A DNA stretch of 45,675 nt from Candidatus Bathyarchaeota archaeon (GCA_020344435.1 CP070826.1:1021024-1066698); one strand, 5' to 3'. Shown: positions 8,840-18,085, counted from the stretch's first letter. Program-made: numbers and translations. Notes: generated from the letters alone by a model not told the origin.

Positions 8840-9982
8840 TTGTTGTTGAGTCGGTCAGCAAAGAGAACACACCTCTATGAGATTCACAACAAAGAAGCAA
8901 ACATGGCCTTATTCGCTGGATTCGAGATGCCAATGTGGTTTAAGGGCATCATTTCAGAGCACATGGCTGTGCGAAACACCGTCGGCATCTTCGACATCAC
9001 CCACATGGGGCGAACCGTTGTTACCGGCCCAGAAGCCGAAGCCTTCCTCAATTATGTGACAACTAACGACGTTTCATCACTAGCGCCGCTTTCCGCGCAC
9101 TACTCAGCGATGTGTAATAGACAAGGGGGAATAAAAGATGACTTCGTCCTGTCCAGATTAGAATCAGAGGAATTCCTCATCGTTTATAACGCAGCCAACA
9201 GAGAGAAAGACTATGAATGGTTGCTGAAGCAATCCAAGGAGTATGATGCTGAAGTTGAAGACGTTTCAGACAGCGTTTCCATGTTCGCAGTGCAGGGACC
9301 AAAGGCTGAAGATACATTACATAGAATATCCGAGGAAGACCTGAGCAGAATCAAGCGTTTCAAGTGTGGCTGGATGAAGATCGCTGGATTCAGATGCTTC
9401 ATCTCGAGAACGGGATATACTGGTGAGGATGGGTTTGAGCTTCTTGTATGGAACACTTCTACCTCCAGTCCAGACAAAGCGGTGAAGGTGTGGAATACCA
9501 TCTTAAAGGCTGGTCGAGAGGAGGCCATTGAGCCTTGCGGTCTCGGCGCTAGGGACACGCTGAGACTGGAGGCTGGCATGTGTCTTTATGATAATGACAT
9601 CGATGAAGGAACCTCTCCGTTAGAAGCGAGACTGAGTTTCGCTGTCAAACTCGAGAAGGGCGACTTCATAGGTAGAGATGCCCTACTTAGGCAGAAAGAG
9701 GAGGGCGTAGAAAGGAAGCGTGTTGGAATCCATATGCTGAAGAGCGGGATTCCAAGGCCTGATTGTGAAGTCTGGAAGAATGGTGAGAAGATAGGGCGTG
9801 TGACCAGCGGAACCTTCTCTCCTGTACTCAAATGTGGAATAGCCATGGCATATGTTTCTACAGAGCATGTAAAGACAGGCGAAACGGTTGCGATTAAGAT
9901 AAGAGATAAACTTGTAGATGGAGAGATCGTTAAGTTTCCTTTCTACGATCCTACAGAGTATGGCTACAAAAGAAAAATATGA
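8840..9982 (+). CDS. gcvT: aminomethyltransferase (glycine cleavage system T protein)
   Basis: KRTHLYEIH...FAGFEMPMWF...EHMAVRNTVGIFDITHMG, together with GYTGEDGFEL and ARDTLRLEAGMCLYDND, are canonical GcvT motifs. Confidence 0.92.
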   Translation: MLLSRSAKRTHLYEIHNKEANMALFAGFEMPMWFKGIISEHMAVRNTVGIFDITHMGRTVVTGPEAEAFLNYVTTNDVSSLAPLSAHYSAMCNRQGGIKDDFVLSRLESEEFLIVYNAANREKDYEWLLKQSKEYDAEVEDVSDSVSMFAVQGPKAEDTLHRISEEDLSRIKRFKCGWMKIAGFRCFISRTGYTGEDGFELLVWNTSTSSPDKAVKVWNTILKAGREEAIEPCGLGARDTLRLEAGMCLYDNDIDEGTSPLEARLSFAVKLEKGDFIGRDALLRQKEEGVERKRVGIHMLKSGIPRPDCEVWKNGEKIGRVTSGTFSPVLKCGIAMAYVSTEHVKTGETVAIKIRDKLVDGEIVKFPFYDPTEYGYKRKI

Positions 9983-10045
9983 AATGAAAAAATCCGTATT
10001 CTTAAAGAACTCTCTAATGTTCTTCGTGTCCCATTGATTCTGATG

Positions 10046-10201
10046 TTAATATCTTCTTCTGCGTGCGCCTCTTCTCTTTGCCCAACACTCTCGGCAGTAG
10101 ACTGGTCTGCTGGGATCAGGCTCAAATGGAACTTCACATTCCTCGCCGCAATCAGAGCAGGTTGCCTTGTGCATCTCTCTGGGCTCTCTTCTGTATGACA
10201 T
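10046..10201 (-). CDS. 51-aa CxxC...CxxC zinc-ribbon protein (below the ORF-track cutoff)
   Basis: My translation is MSYRREPREMHKATCSDCGEECEVPFEPDPSRPVYCRECWAKRRGARRRRY. A GGAGGTG sits 7 nt upstream of the ATG at 10201, and T-runs follow the stop. The KATCSDCG...VPF.P...RPVYCR.C module is a widespread small nucleic-acid-binding zinc ribbon. The listed 82-aa ORF 9964..10212 is another frame of the same DNA. Confidence 0.65.
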   Translation of the reverse strand: MSYRREPREMHKATCSDCGEECEVPFEPDPSRPVYCRECWAKRRGARRRRY

Positions 10202-10275
10202 GTAGATTGCACCTCCTCTTGTGTTGCGTAAGAACTAGCTTTCTTTAGAAACTCTAATTCTTGCGTATCCAGTCA

Positions 10276-10289
10276 GTTGACAAGTTGAC
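10276..10289. promoter_or_regulatory. GTTGACAAGTTGAC direct repeat abutting a TATA-like element
   Basis: On the plus strand cagttgacaagttgacttataaac; on the minus strand this reads TTTATAAGTCAACTTGTCAAC, upstream of the 51-aa zinc-ribbon gene. It shares the 9-mer GTTGACAAG with 21779-21787. Confidence 0.35.
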
Positions 10290-10590
10290 TTATAAACTTA
10301 TGCTAGCCAGTAGCGAGGATTGTAGCCGAGATTAGTTTGCTACTATTGGCTCTTTTGTGATTGTTATTCGCGGTTGTATGTATGCAGTCAGGTCATATCT
10401 CTTCAGCCAGAATTCTCGCTTCGTTTAAGGCACACATCAGATACGCGGATGCGAACTAGAATGCTAAACGAAATATCATTAAGGGAATCTAGAACTATCA
10501 TGCTACGTTTAAGAATCATTTTCCATGCGTTTCATAAAAAAGATGTGTACGATGAATAGAAAAATAGAATAAAGAAGCCATTCAATATTC

Positions 10591-10848
10591 ATGGTGGTGC
10601 TTGTGATGGAAGCATATATATTTGCCAATTGCGAGCCTCGAAGAGTTTGGCAGATCGCCGCAGCAGTCCGCAAGATTGAAGGAGTGAAGATGGCTCACGC
10701 TGTCACTGGTCAATTTGACATGGTTGCTTACGCTGAATTCGTCAACATAGATGCGCTCAGGAGGATTATAGACAGACTTGGATCCTTAGAGGGAGTTCAG
10801 CGAACCCAGACGGCAGTAGCAATACCGCCTAGACTGGAAGAACAATAA
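10591..10848 (+). CDS. stand-alone Lrp/AsnC ligand-binding (RAM) domain protein
   Basis: This 85-aa protein has no HTH. AYIFANCEP...VWQIAAAVRKIEGVKMAHAVTGQFDMVAYAEF...ALRRIIDRLGSLEGVQRTQT matches the AsnC_trans_reg fold pattern. Confidence 0.7.
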   Translation: MVVLVMEAYIFANCEPRRVWQIAAAVRKIEGVKMAHAVTGQFDMVAYAEFVNIDALRRIIDRLGSLEGVQRTQTAVAIPPRLEEQ

Positions 10849-11115
10849 CTATCACAAACGTAGAATACATAACATTTATTAGAGAGAGAGGTATCAGAGG
10901 TCTGAATTTCATCATCGAGAGAGGTGTTTTCTTGAACATTGAAAATATGATGCGCCGGGCTTTCCACTTACGGCGGCACATTGACTCGCTAGAAGATGGA
11001 GAACAGAAGCGGCAACTGATTAAGAGATACGCGAGGATTATTTGGCTAATCCAAGATCACTAGCATGCGTACAAGGAAAGCCAATACCTATTTTTTGCAG
11101 AATCAGTCGACGCCA

Positions 11116-11889
11116 CTAGGAGATGTAGGTGATTCGTTCCTCCTCAGTCTTGCGCATCCTTTCCGCATACGTCTCTCTCTGTTTCTCAATTTCACGCATT
11201 CGCTTTATGATTCTCTTTGATTCCTCTATCTCCTCGTGCAATCTGCTCAAATCGACTTCAAGTCCTAACAGCTTCTGTGAGACTTGTAGAACGCTTTTTG
11301 CTGCCTTTGGGTCTGGCATGTAACCTCGAGTTTCGCCCAAAAGGCACAAAGCGTCTATATTTCTGAGTTTTGCCAAGCCGAGAAGCAAGCCGGCTGTACC
11401 AACAATTGGGTTTCCTGACGGACTGACTTTGGCGTTGGCCTTCAATGCTCTGTCCAGAAGTTCGGCGTTGGTAGATATCGCAATTACCTCTGGCGTCTCT
11501 CTTGGCTCCGTTCTATATCCTCCTATCGTCATAATCATCTTCACGCCATATTTCTGGGCGAAATCTATTATGGCGCCAGCTACGTCGTATTGACCTTCAA
11601 TCGTTTGCGCTTGTCTGTCCCCAGATAGGAAGATCATATCTCCCGCCCCGGCCTTAACCTTCGCGAAGAGAAAATCGCCGTGGAGAAGTCTGACGCTTCC
11701 CTTCTTGTTCACTAGGACGTAATATGGAAAGTGAGGAGAGTACAGTTCTGCTAGTTTCTTAGCTTTCAACTCTTTGGCAAGGTATCGCGTGGCTATCCTT
11801 CCAACCATCCCCAGCCCTGGGAGGCCTTCCATCAAAATTGGTGTCCTCAACTCAACTTCCAATTTCTCCGCGATGTATGTTTCTTTCAT
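11116..11889 (-). CDS. PAC2-family proteasome assembly chaperone-like protein
   Basis: PILMEGLPGLGMVGRIATRYLAKELKAKKLAELYSPHFPYYV is the PAC2 family signature. The C-terminus is a charged coiled coil. The ATG overlaps the Nop10 stop (ATGA). Confidence 0.8.
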   Translation of the reverse strand: MKETYIAEKLEVELRTPILMEGLPGLGMVGRIATRYLAKELKAKKLAELYSPHFPYYVLVNKKGSVRLLHGDFLFAKVKAGAGDMIFLSGDRQAQTIEGQYDVAGAIIDFAQKYGVKMIMTIGGYRTEPRETPEVIAISTNAELLDRALKANAKVSPSGNPIVGTAGLLLGLAKLRNIDALCLLGETRGYMPDPKAAKSVLQVSQKLLGLEVDLSRLHEEIEESKRIIKRMREIEKQRETYAERMRKTEEERITYIS

Positions 11890-12053
11890 CTGTAATCAGC
11901 CATCTTCATTGCACGCCTGTAGCTTGCGTATCGGTCTTCAGGTGAGAACTTCGCTGGGTGGGGTATGCGAACTTCTCCTCCACAATATGGGCAGTTTGCC
12001 TGATTCAGCGTGTACATCTTGCATTTTTGACATTTCCTGAGCAGCCAGACCAT
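11886..12053 (-). CDS. nop10: H/ACA RNP protein Nop10 (55 aa, missing from the ORF track)
   Basis: My translation is MVWLLRKCQKCKMYTLNQANCPYCGGEVRIPHPAKFSPEDRYASYRRAMKMADYR. It has the zinc ribbon plus the HPAKFSPEDRY..YRR signature. The start overlaps the aIF2alpha stop by 1 nt (TGATG), and the stop overlaps the PAC2 start (ATGA). Confidence 0.88.
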   Translation of the reverse strand: MVWLLRKCQKCKMYTLNQANCPYCGGEVRIPHPAKFSPEDRYASYRRAMKMADYR

Positions 12054-12844
12054 CACTTCTCCGTCCTGAAGTCTCCTTGTCCTCCGAGTTTAGTTACAGT
12101 CTGTAGAGCTGTATCTGCAGCTTTCTGGAGCAGGATTTCCGCTTCCTTGTAATTTTCGGCTAGGACTTCAATGCGGTAGCTTGGGGGTGAGACGGTGTAA
12201 ACCCGAATTTTCGCTTCCTTAGGTGTCTTCATGTTTTGAGCACGCGACAGCGCGTCTCGGATGATGACAGCGCCGTTTGGTTTTGTGCACTCAAGCTCCA
12301 GGAGTCCTGTTCTCTTGACTAGGATTGCTCTAATTCTTTCCTTTGCTATGTTTTCCAGGGTGGTTGCTATGTCTTCAGGTATGCCTAATTTCGTGAGAAT
12401 CGTTGCGCCTTCGTTGGCAGTCTTTTCCAGTCCCTCATAGAGTCCCCCGAACTCTTTCTCGATCGGAAATCCAGCTTTTTCGTTCATCGCTTCAGGGGAT
12501 ATGCCAAGTTTTTCTGAGGCTTGGTTTAGCAGACTTTCAGCTCTTCTATCTTTCTTCCAAGATCGGATTTTCTCTCTTCTCTCCACCTTTGAGACTCGTC
12601 TAAGAGAAACATCTACATGTCCCTTTCTTGAGTCAACCTGCAGAACCTTCAAAACGACTTTCTGTTTCTCACGTATGAAATCCCTGATATTCTTGACCCA
12701 TGTTGAAGAGATCTCAGATATGTGAAGCAGCCCTTCCCTACCATACTCATCCAGCATAACATACGCGCCGTAGCCAGTTATCCTGTTGACAGTGGCAACG
12801 ACAAGCTCGCCGGTCTCCGGCCACTCAACCCTCTCAGATGTCAT
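12053..12844 (-). CDS. eif2a: translation initiation factor aIF2 alpha subunit
   Basis: The S1 domain is GELVVATVNRITGYGAYVMLDEYGREGLLHISEISSTWVKNIRD. Size and gene context (S27e, L44e, Nop10) are canonical. Confidence 0.92.
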   Translation of the reverse strand: MTSERVEWPETGELVVATVNRITGYGAYVMLDEYGREGLLHISEISSTWVKNIRDFIREKQKVVLKVLQVDSRKGHVDVSLRRVSKVERREKIRSWKKDRRAESLLNQASEKLGISPEAMNEKAGFPIEKEFGGLYEGLEKTANEGATILTKLGIPEDIATTLENIAKERIRAILVKRTGLLELECTKPNGAVIIRDALSRAQNMKTPKEAKIRVYTVSPPSYRIEVLAENYKEAEILLQKAADTALQTVTKLGGQGDFRTEK

Positions 12845-12863
12845 CCTATCTTATCATTCCCTA

Positions 12864-13061
12864 CTACTCAAGCATAGCCACGATTTCACCCTTCACTGTC
12901 GCTTTACCTCCAGAGGGTTCAGCCAATATTGCACTGCAAATATTACAGTGAACTGTCGTCGTAGCGTGACTGAAGACTATTTGTTCGTTTCCGCAATCGG
13001 GACACTTCACTCGAAGAAACTTGCTTCTAGGTTTTGGTATTAGCCGCTCCCATTCACTCAT
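12864..13061 (-). CDS. rps27e: 30S ribosomal protein S27e
   Basis: [41 protein letters not shown] is the S27e zinc ribbon. Confidence 0.92.
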   Translation of the reverse strand: MSEWERLIPKPRSKFLRVKCPDCGNEQIVFSHATTTVHCNICSAILAEPSGGKATVKGEIVAMLE

Positions 13062-13076
13062 CTTCGCTTCTGCCTC

Positions 13077-13352
13077 CTACTCAAACGTCAGCTTCTTAAG
13101 GCGTATTCCCTTCTTATGGAGTGTATGACCACAGGCTTTACAGGCTAGCTTTAAAGTCTGTTTCTTTGTAGTTTTGGCAAATCTCCGTTGAAGTGGATAT
13201 TTCTGCCCGCCGTATCCTTTCTTTTCTCGTTCATGGCGCCGAGCGCCCTCAGCCAAGGTGCTATCTCTACCCTTCTTGTACAGAGAGACTCTGTGCAGTT
13301 GATGAGAGCCACACCTCGGACAGTAAGTATTGAGTTCCTTAGGGGCTTTCAT
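13077..13352 (-). CDS. rpl44e: 50S ribosomal protein L44e
   Basis: The protein reads MKAPKELNTYCPRCGSHQLH...YGGQKYP...LKLACKACGH. I start it at the ATG at 13352 rather than the GTG at 13388. A TTTAAAT element (minus sense) lies at about 13416-13422. Confidence 0.9.
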   Translation of the reverse strand: MKAPKELNTYCPRCGSHQLHRVSLYKKGRDSTLAEGARRHEREKKGYGGQKYPLQRRFAKTTKKQTLKLACKACGHTLHKKGIRLKKLTFE

Positions 13353-13528
13353 TGTAATCACTAGCGTGGGTGGTATAACGCAACCCACTTTATTATTTGT
13401 TTTTCTGGCTCAGATTTAAACGCTCCTTTTTCCTTCAGCTCTTGATCTAGATGAAGAGCCAAGGTTTCTACTAGAGACTGCACGATCTATGTCAGCTGTC
13501 TTCTTTTCGATGTATCCAACGAATCCGG

Positions 13529-14086
13529 CTATCGCTTTGCTCCCACTTCTACGGCTATTCTTTGCTTGATAAGGGCTCGTGCGTTTTCAACTGGTAGCGT
13601 CGTTATGTCTTCGGATTTGAACGGGCCATACGTTTGCATATCAGATCCGACTATAGCCGGGGTTTCATGAAGGAAACGCACGAGCGTCTTTTTTAATCTC
13701 TCCATGTTCTCCATATGTGATATATGTCCTCTAAGGGCATCTTCCAGAAACGCTTGATAAGCCTCAGTGAGGGGAAGGATTCCTTCGTGGAGACGAGCCT
13801 CTTCCGCGGTTAGGAATTCCTTTGGCACAGTTTTTCCTGCACCAGCCTTCTTCAATACCTTCCTGTAGCGCAACTGAACGAGTTCTTCAATCATCTTTCT
13901 TGCGTTTCTGTACTCTCGTTCCAGAAGTCTCCCCTTCACTGTCTTTTCATCCAACATCCGGCTTTCTTCCCTTATCCTCTTCACATAATCAGTTAGTGTT
14001 GCGTAGAAGTCATTCGTGAGCTTTTGAACCTCTGAATTCTCTCTCTCGTTCCTCCAAGCCTCGTGAAGCATTTCATACATTCTCAT
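13529..14086 (-). CDS. GINS subunit, Gins51/Gins15 type
   Basis: The N-terminus is helical and the C-terminal B domain is PAIVGSDMQTYGPFKSEDITTLPVENARALIKQRIA. The start overlaps the priS stop (ATGA at 14083-14086). priS-gins15 linkage is known from Sulfolobus. Confidence 0.68.
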   Translation of the reverse strand: MRMYEMLHEAWRNERENSEVQKLTNDFYATLTDYVKRIREESRMLDEKTVKGRLLEREYRNARKMIEELVQLRYRKVLKKAGAGKTVPKEFLTAEEARLHEGILPLTEAYQAFLEDALRGHISHMENMERLKKTLVRFLHETPAIVGSDMQTYGPFKSEDITTLPVENARALIKQRIAVEVGAKR

Positions 14087-15330
14087 CTTACCACCTTTGC
14101 AGCTTTCTTACACAGGAGCAACAACGCCACAGCTGTAGGAAGTTCGGCTTTCTCTCCTTTGTAGGGGCCGTAGAACGCGTCTCCTAATCTGAACCTGGGA
14201 GCATCCGACACGATGACTTCTTCTTTACCTTCCTTGAAGACTACAGCATCAGTGAAGGGGTCGAAATCTTCGATCTCATTAGCAGGAACTTCGATTTTAA
14301 TCATAGCTGTTTTTCCGTGTAGAGAGTTGCCAAGTCTTATCAAACGATGGATGTCAGTGGTGACTACAGTGTCGATTCTTGCAGACTGAATCTTTGCTCC
14401 GCGTTCAGCTATCCTTCTCCAGCTGTCTACCCCTAAGTCCTTCACAATCCCCCACCGACCGCCTTCCTTCCTACTCTCGAGTAGTTTTTCTTTATACTTG
14501 ATAATCGTGTCGACCCGCTTCTTTTTCAGTCCTGCTTTTTTCAATTCTTCTGGCGTAGCTTTGAGGAGAAAATCATATGTTCCTCTTGCGATTCTTCCGC
14601 TCCATCCTGGATCATCTAGAATAGGACCTGTTAGTACAGGCGCGTCTCTTAGCCCGTGGAATCTCGTGTCCAATCCTATTCCTACGATGTAGTCAACAAT
14701 CTCCTTGCGGGCCATCTGATTGAGAGTTCTAATTTCCTCGCGTTCCACTTGTACATGGTAGCCCCTATGCCCAGAGAAGCTGACTCTAATCTCTTCAGGG
14801 AAAAAGGCGAAATCCCTAATCAGTATATCCATCAGTTTTATCGTCTCCTTCTTTGCGGATTCTAGACATTTCTCGCAGGGCCAAGTTCTCTCGTCAAACT
14901 TCCGTTCTCCACACCCAGGACAATTCTGGGGAGTCAAGCCTCGACCGATAATTCTGCAATTTGCACAAATCCATCTATCATGGGTTTTCGTGCAAGGCGT
15001 AGGAATATGATCAGCGTCAATGTCAAAAATCAAATCAGCGCCCAACCAACCTTTCTTCTCCATTTCTCGCTCAGGATCTTCGTAATAGGCGCTTGAATAG
15101 AAGACATCCGAGGGACCCACCTTCTCAAGGAAGGACGTGAGACCATCAACATTTCTGAAAGCCTTGTGCCGAAGCATAATCCTCTCCTTAAGCAAGAGAA
15201 AGCCAAATTCACGCTTCTCTGTGGAGGAGGGAGAACGAATAGTAGAGGAATTCTTCCGGTAATATTCAGCGAACTTTTCTTGAATGAAAATTGATGAAGG
15301 GGAACTCATCTCTGTTTTCTCTCTGCCCAA
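14083..15330 (-). CDS. priS: DNA primase small (catalytic) subunit PriS
   Basis: The catalytic DxD motif is ADLIFDIDADH. A zinc knuckle reads CANCRIIGRG...CPGCG...CEKC. SFSGHRGYHV and the SARIDTVVTTDIHRLIRLGNSLHGKT motifs are also present. The ORF opens with TTG at 15330; the ATG at 15309 is the likely start. Confidence 0.88.
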   Translation of the reverse strand: MGREKTEMSSPSSIFIQEKFAEYYRKNSSTIRSPSSTEKREFGFLLLKERIMLRHKAFRNVDGLTSFLEKVGPSDVFYSSAYYEDPEREMEKKGWLGADLIFDIDADHIPTPCTKTHDRWICANCRIIGRGLTPQNCPGCGERKFDERTWPCEKCLESAKKETIKLMDILIRDFAFFPEEIRVSFSGHRGYHVQVEREEIRTLNQMARKEIVDYIVGIGLDTRFHGLRDAPVLTGPILDDPGWSGRIARGTYDFLLKATPEELKKAGLKKKRVDTIIKYKEKLLESRKEGGRWGIVKDLGVDSWRRIAERGAKIQSARIDTVVTTDIHRLIRLGNSLHGKTAMIKIEVPANEIEDFDPFTDAVVFKEGKEEVIVSDAPRFRLGDAFYGPYKGEKAELPTAVALLLLCKKAAKVVR

Positions 15331-15412
15331 GTAGTTCGTAATCTCAACAACTACTTAAGGCATGCTTTGACTATAAACGCTCACCTATCTTTTTTGGTTT
15401 CTTAGCAGAACA

Positions 15413-15426
15413 CGATTTCTCAATAG
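15413..15426. repeat. 14-nt direct repeat CGATTTCTCAATAG, copy 1
   Basis: There is an exact second copy at 15536-15549. Copy 1 is preceded by CA, giving CACGATTTC, which is identical to the core of the 20.5-kb repeat units. Confidence 0.7.
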
Positions 15427-15535
15427 TCGATGTAACTCAAGAATAACGCTGGAAGATGTGTAAGGGCTTTCAGGAATCCTATAGACAACAATAGAAGTAA
15501 GGATCGGCTAGGTTGAAGAAACAATTGTGATAATG

Positions 15536-15549
15536 CGATTTCTCAATAG
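15536..15549. repeat. 14-nt direct repeat CGATTTCTCAATAG, copy 2 (spans the GT2 stop codon)
   Basis: This is an exact match to 15413-15426, 123 bp away. Confidence 0.7.
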
Positions 15550-16886
15550 GAGAAATCTCCAAAATGTTCCGTTTTGCTTTCTTTCCACGTCTTTATCTTG
15601 GGAATATACCATAGGGCAATAAGCCAATGATACATAAATAACAAGAACAATGGGAAAAGCAACACGCCTTTAAAACCTCTTTCTAAAACAATACGCAAAA
15701 ACGTAATAATCACCTGAAATAACCAGAGCCAAAACCAGAATGGAAAATAGAATGTGTAAAATGTTCCTCCCAGCAGATATAAGAAGGTTAAGATTAACCC
15801 ATAATAGAACAGAAACACACCAAAATGGCTCACTAGAAGATGCCAAATCCGGGGCTCCGTCCAGCTTCTAGCTAGGTGCTTTCTGAGAATCTGAAAATTG
15901 CCTCTTAGCCATCTTGCCCTTTGTTTGAAGAAGGAAGTCCACGTGACAGGTCTTTCGTCATAAACTCTGACATTGGATGCGAAACCTATCCGAAAGCCTT
16001 TCCTGAGCAATCTTAGGGTTAAGTCATAGTCTTCAACAAGATTTTTCTCGTCCCAATAGCCAGTTTCTTCTAGAGCGAAACGTTTTACTGCTTGTCCAGT
16101 GCCACCAAGCAAAGCGAAGAGTCCGAATCTGCTCAGAGAGTTTTCTACGAGATCAGTGAAAGCCAGCCATTCCAAATCCACTAGTCCTGAAAGAAGATTG
16201 CTATTGCTGTTTGAACTTACAATACGCGCTTGGACTGCGTCATATTTCTGGAAATAAGGAACAAGATTCTCCAGGAACCTCTTGTCAATCCTTGCATCAG
16301 CGTCAAAGATGACCACGATTTCACCTTCTGTGTGTCGGATCCCATGGTTTAGTGCTACTGGTTTGCCGTAGTCTCCCCTGAATTCTAGCACTCTTACTCT
16401 CTTGTCAGCAGTGGCTTTTGCAACTTCATATGTTCTGTCTGAACAATTATGGGCAACAACAACTGCTTCCCAAGCAGCATACGTTTGCTTTGACAAATCA
16501 CTCAAAAGATTGCTGATGACTTTCTCTTCGTCTCGAGCGGGAATAAGAATTGAAACCATTGGTGCATGCGGGTTGAACATCTTAAACTTCTCTGGTTTCC
16601 TGAAAGAAAACAGAAATCCGGTCAAAATGTAAAAGATCCACCCTAGACTTATGTATAATCCAATATAGGCAGGCAAATAACTCAGAATCGTTAGATCTAA
16701 ACGTATGAATGATAAGATAAGCACAAGGGGTTTTGCTTCTCCAAATGTCAGATAGAATATGAGAAAACTGACTAGAAACCAGGTGAGACCAAACAAATAA
16801 TCTTTAACAGTTCTCACGCCGAGTCTCGCGATTATGTTCTTGCCTCTGTCCTTGCGGCGAGTCGCATAAATTCGCTTCGATTTCAC
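15543..16886 (-). CDS. family-2 glycosyltransferase, membrane-embedded processive type
   Basis: VSILIPARDEEKVI, VVIFDADARID (DxD) and QRARWLRGNFQ (QxxRW) are flanked by multiple TM helices at both ends. Confidence 0.85.
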   Translation of the reverse strand: MKSKRIYATRRKDRGKNIIARLGVRTVKDYLFGLTWFLVSFLIFYLTFGEAKPLVLILSFIRLDLTILSYLPAYIGLYISLGWIFYILTGFLFSFRKPEKFKMFNPHAPMVSILIPARDEEKVISNLLSDLSKQTYAAWEAVVVAHNCSDRTYEVAKATADKRVRVLEFRGDYGKPVALNHGIRHTEGEIVVIFDADARIDKRFLENLVPYFQKYDAVQARIVSSNSNSNLLSGLVDLEWLAFTDLVENSLSRFGLFALLGGTGQAVKRFALEETGYWDEKNLVEDYDLTLRLLRKGFRIGFASNVRVYDERPVTWTSFFKQRARWLRGNFQILRKHLARSWTEPRIWHLLVSHFGVFLFYYGLILTFLYLLGGTFYTFYFPFWFWLWLFQVIITFLRIVLERGFKGVLLFPLFLLFMYHWLIALWYIPKIKTWKESKTEHFGDFSY

Positions 16887-17038
16887 ATAGCTCGCTCCAT
16901 CTAGAATTCTCGCTGTAAAGGCTGTTTAGAACCTTAGTTTTAAAAGACTTTCCTCAAACCACGACCGAGAGGTTCTAATGATTAGAAAAGCTAAGAGCTC
17001 TTGTGGAGGATGGGGATGCATATTCGATTAACCAGAGT

Positions 17039-18085
17039 CTAAGCGAAAATAGAGTCATTTTGCTTGTCTCTTGAATTACCATGTACAGCTTTCCAGGCTC
17101 TGGCTCTCCTCCATAGGATTCGCCCTCCAGTTATTTTTAGTGGGTAGGACAGAATCCACGCGACAGAATACAACCAGCCATAGTAATTATGAAAGGCCCA
17201 AACATCACCACCACTCATTGAAATCACGAATATAGCAACGACTCTGAAGATGTTGATAACATAGGTAATGGCAGCACCAACTACGAAATAGACTATTCTA
17301 TGCCTCCATGGAAAGGAAGTCCGCTTCATGAATAGTAGAATCGTAACCGTGTAGATTACAAGGCTTTCGACGCCCGCGCATGGCCAAGCTATTCCAAAAC
17401 TGGCAAATTCTGATGGTTTTTCTGAGTTCCAGACGCTCAAATGAGGCATAGAGCCATATTCGGGGTGTTCTGTAGAATATAGATGCGTTTGGTATCCCAT
17501 AAGATTCAGAACATTTGCTGCAAGCGTAGCAGTTGCAGGAACAAGAATTTGAAAAGGCGTGAACCATCCATATGGATACAGATCATCTATTGTAAATATC
17601 ACTCCGATGGCTACCAAGAAGAATAGAGGAATCGAGAAATCTACAAATCTATTTTTACCATGGGTCAGCAGAATTATTGAGGCAAAGAGAAAGGCGAAAA
17701 TGAGGTATTCTGTTGCAAGGGGCAATAGGTGTGCTAATGGAACGTTGTTTTGCATGGCGGCTTCCATGATTGTTATGTTCAGTCCGCAATAGTTGGCGGC
17801 AAATACGTATACCGTGGGAAGTAGAAGAGAGATAATTAAGGAGATGGTTCTTACTGGTTTCAGTGTACCCGTCTGTGCTTTTCGAGTTCTTTCCCAGGTC
17901 AGTATTGCTTCTAGCGTAACAAGCCATAAGAAGAAGAGCTGAAGTGTTCTGCCTTGGTACGTTGTTTGGAAGGATTCAGGATGTAAAAAATGTAGTACGA
18001 GAATTGGTGGAACGAATGAGAGGATGGGTAGAAGCGCTTCTAGGATGCTGATGTTTTCCTTAATTTTCTGTGCAATGTCTAGCAT
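17039..18085 (-). CDS. archaeosortase/exosortase-family transpeptidase
   Basis: The protein is polytopic. It carries FGIAWPCAGVESLVIY (catalytic Cys), YVINIFRVVAIFV (conserved Arg) and AFHNYYGW (His). I start it at the ATG at 18085 (MLDIAQKIK). The 73-aa extension in the track is basic, low-complexity and overlaps the priL fragment. Confidence 0.7.
   Translation of the reverse strand: MLDIAQKIKENISILEALLPILSFVPPILVLHFLHPESFQTTYQGRTLQLFFLWLVTLEAILTWERTRKAQTGTLKPVRTISLIISLLLPTVYVFAANYCGLNITIMEAAMQNNVPLAHLLPLATEYLIFAFLFASIILLTHGKNRFVDFSIPLFFLVAIGVIFTIDDLYPYGWFTPFQILVPATATLAANVLNLMGYQTHLYSTEHPEYGSMPHLSVWNSEKPSEFASFGIAWPCAGVESLVIYTVTILLFMKRTSFPWRHRIVYFVVGAAITYVINIFRVVAIFVISMSGGDVWAFHNYYGWLYSVAWILSYPLKITGGRILWRRARAWKAVHGNSRDKQNDSIFA

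Noticed and set aside
10936-11016. ATGATGC ... CTGA, considered as a possible C/D-box sRNA; the same DNA also holds a 38-aa ORF.
   Set aside because: The C box is imperfect. No internal D' or C' boxes occur at the expected spacing, and the C-to-D distance is too long.
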